Source of the DNA: Gemmatimonadota bacterium
Lineage (GTDB): Bacteria > Gemmatimonadota > Gemmatimonadetes > Palauibacterales > Palauibacteraceae
NCBI GenBank assembly: GCA_039588275.1
Contig: JBDHAC010000049.1
Coordinates: forward strand, 1 to 26,606
DNA: 26,606 nucleotides
Reading direction: 5' to 3'
Positions 25,552 through 26,606 of this stretch are shown here, in pieces. The notes beneath the pieces are model-generated. The model was not told the origin of the DNA, made no database searches, and was given only the letters and a program-made list of their open reading frames with translations. Position 1 is the stretch's first letter. Every line of letters starts with the position of its first letter. The position numbers and the translations under genes are program-made.

Positions 25552-26531
25552 TTAGAACATCCGAAAGCCCGGCGCCCCGAACCGCTCCATCCCCAGGTGC
25601 TGGATGATTGGCCACGCGTACGCCGCTACGATCAAGACCACCGCGATCACCACCCACAGCCACAGCTTGTCCAGGATCCGCGCCTTGTCGCCGGGTTCCT
25701 CCAACGGCTCCGCGAACTCGATGGGCTCCTGGGTCTGCTTTCGGCCGGCGAACGCGGTCCCGAGCATCACCGCGATGAAACAGGTGGCGCTCACATACAG
25801 GAAGATGCCACCGAGCGCGGAGATGCCGGTCGCCGCCAGCCATTCCTGCGCGATGGGGCTCCCGCCGTACTCGAAGTTGTAGATCCGGCGCGGCATGCCC
25901 TGGAGCCCCGAGAGGTGATTCGCGACCGAGAACAGCAGCATGCCACCGAACCACAGGTAGGGTTGGATCCGGGCCAGGAGCGTGAGCTCCAGCTCCCGGT
26001 TCATGAGCTTCGGGATCAGCCAGTAGGCGCCGCCCATGAACGTGAGCGCCGTAGCGGTACCAACCGTCAGGTGGAAGTGCCCCTGCACCCACGCCGTGTT
26101 GTGGACCATGGCGTTCATCCCGAATGCCGCGTTGATCGCACCCCCGAATCCGCCGACCGCGAAGATCAGCATGGCGAGCGCCACGCTGGAGAATTGCGGC
26201 TCGCCCCACGGGAGCTTCTCGAGCCAATCGAACCAGCCCTTCGCGCCCTTCATCCGTCCGGCCACCTCGAAAGAGGCGACGATCGTGAACGCCGTGATCA
26301 GACTGGGGAACAGGATCGCCTGCGTGTTCATCGCGTGGAACAGCTTCCAACCGGCCTCGATCCCGGGATCCAGGAACTGATGGTGAAAGCCGACAGGGGT
26401 CGAGAGCACGAGAACACGACCCGGGCCAGCGGGTCGCTGAACAGCTTCCCGCCAGCCACCCGGGGTGTGACCGTATACCAGATCACGTACGCCGGGATCA
26501 GCCAGGAGTAGACGAGTGGGTGCCCGAACCA
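25552..26531 (-). pseudogene. cbaA: B-family (ba3-type) heme-copper oxidase subunit I, 3' half; frameshift near 26410 and 5' truncation (pseudogene or assembly artifact)
   Basis: WFGHPLVY.W.IPAY...GGKLFSDPLAR (26531-26412) is in a different frame from LSTPVGFHHQF.DPGI...HNTAWVQGHFHLTVG...GMPRR (26409-25552). Homology ends at about 26531. Confidence 0.85.
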
Positions 26532-26606
26532 GCGGGCCCTTGTATCAGCTCAGCACCTTGGCCGTTAGCTCTTGCAAATTAAAACAGGTAACATAGCGGT
26601 CAATCG

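Noticed and set aside
25552..26531. B-family-derived nitric oxide reductase
   Set aside because: The active-site HPLVY keeps the Tyr, and the proton-channel pattern (PAY...Y, PSLITAFT) matches ba3 O2 reductases.

Overview
GC-rich bacterial DNA. The gene families suggest Gemmatimonadota, but this is inference. About 20 CDSs were found, and no rRNA, tRNA, CRISPR array or mobile element was recognised. The core is a co-directional cluster at 1941-12099, tightly coupled from 4293 to 11591. In order it encodes an APC permease-USP fusion, a double-zinc-ribbon/class III adenylate cyclase/STAND-ATPase/TPR protein, a DUF3307 membrane protein, a Cys-motif FAD oxidoreductase, a stand-alone cNMP-binding protein, a DsrL-like Fe-S flavoprotein (no dsrAB in the window) and an SRPBCC protein. 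It looks like a self-contained cAMP-gated redox module and is the best candidate for an undescribed system. The rest encodes envelope and secreted proteins: a His/Glu-repeat lipoprotein, a TolB-like/TPR membrane protein, a large Ig/CBM9-like lipoprotein, a Na+/proline symporter, a SagB-type nitroreductase, a cytochrome c-beta-barrel fusion, a diheme cytochrome, an OMP, a duplicated-domain protein and PepP. The window ends in a frameshifted, 5'-truncated ba3-type oxidase subunit I joined to unrelated lower-GC sequence. All family calls come from motif recognition by eye, not from database searches.
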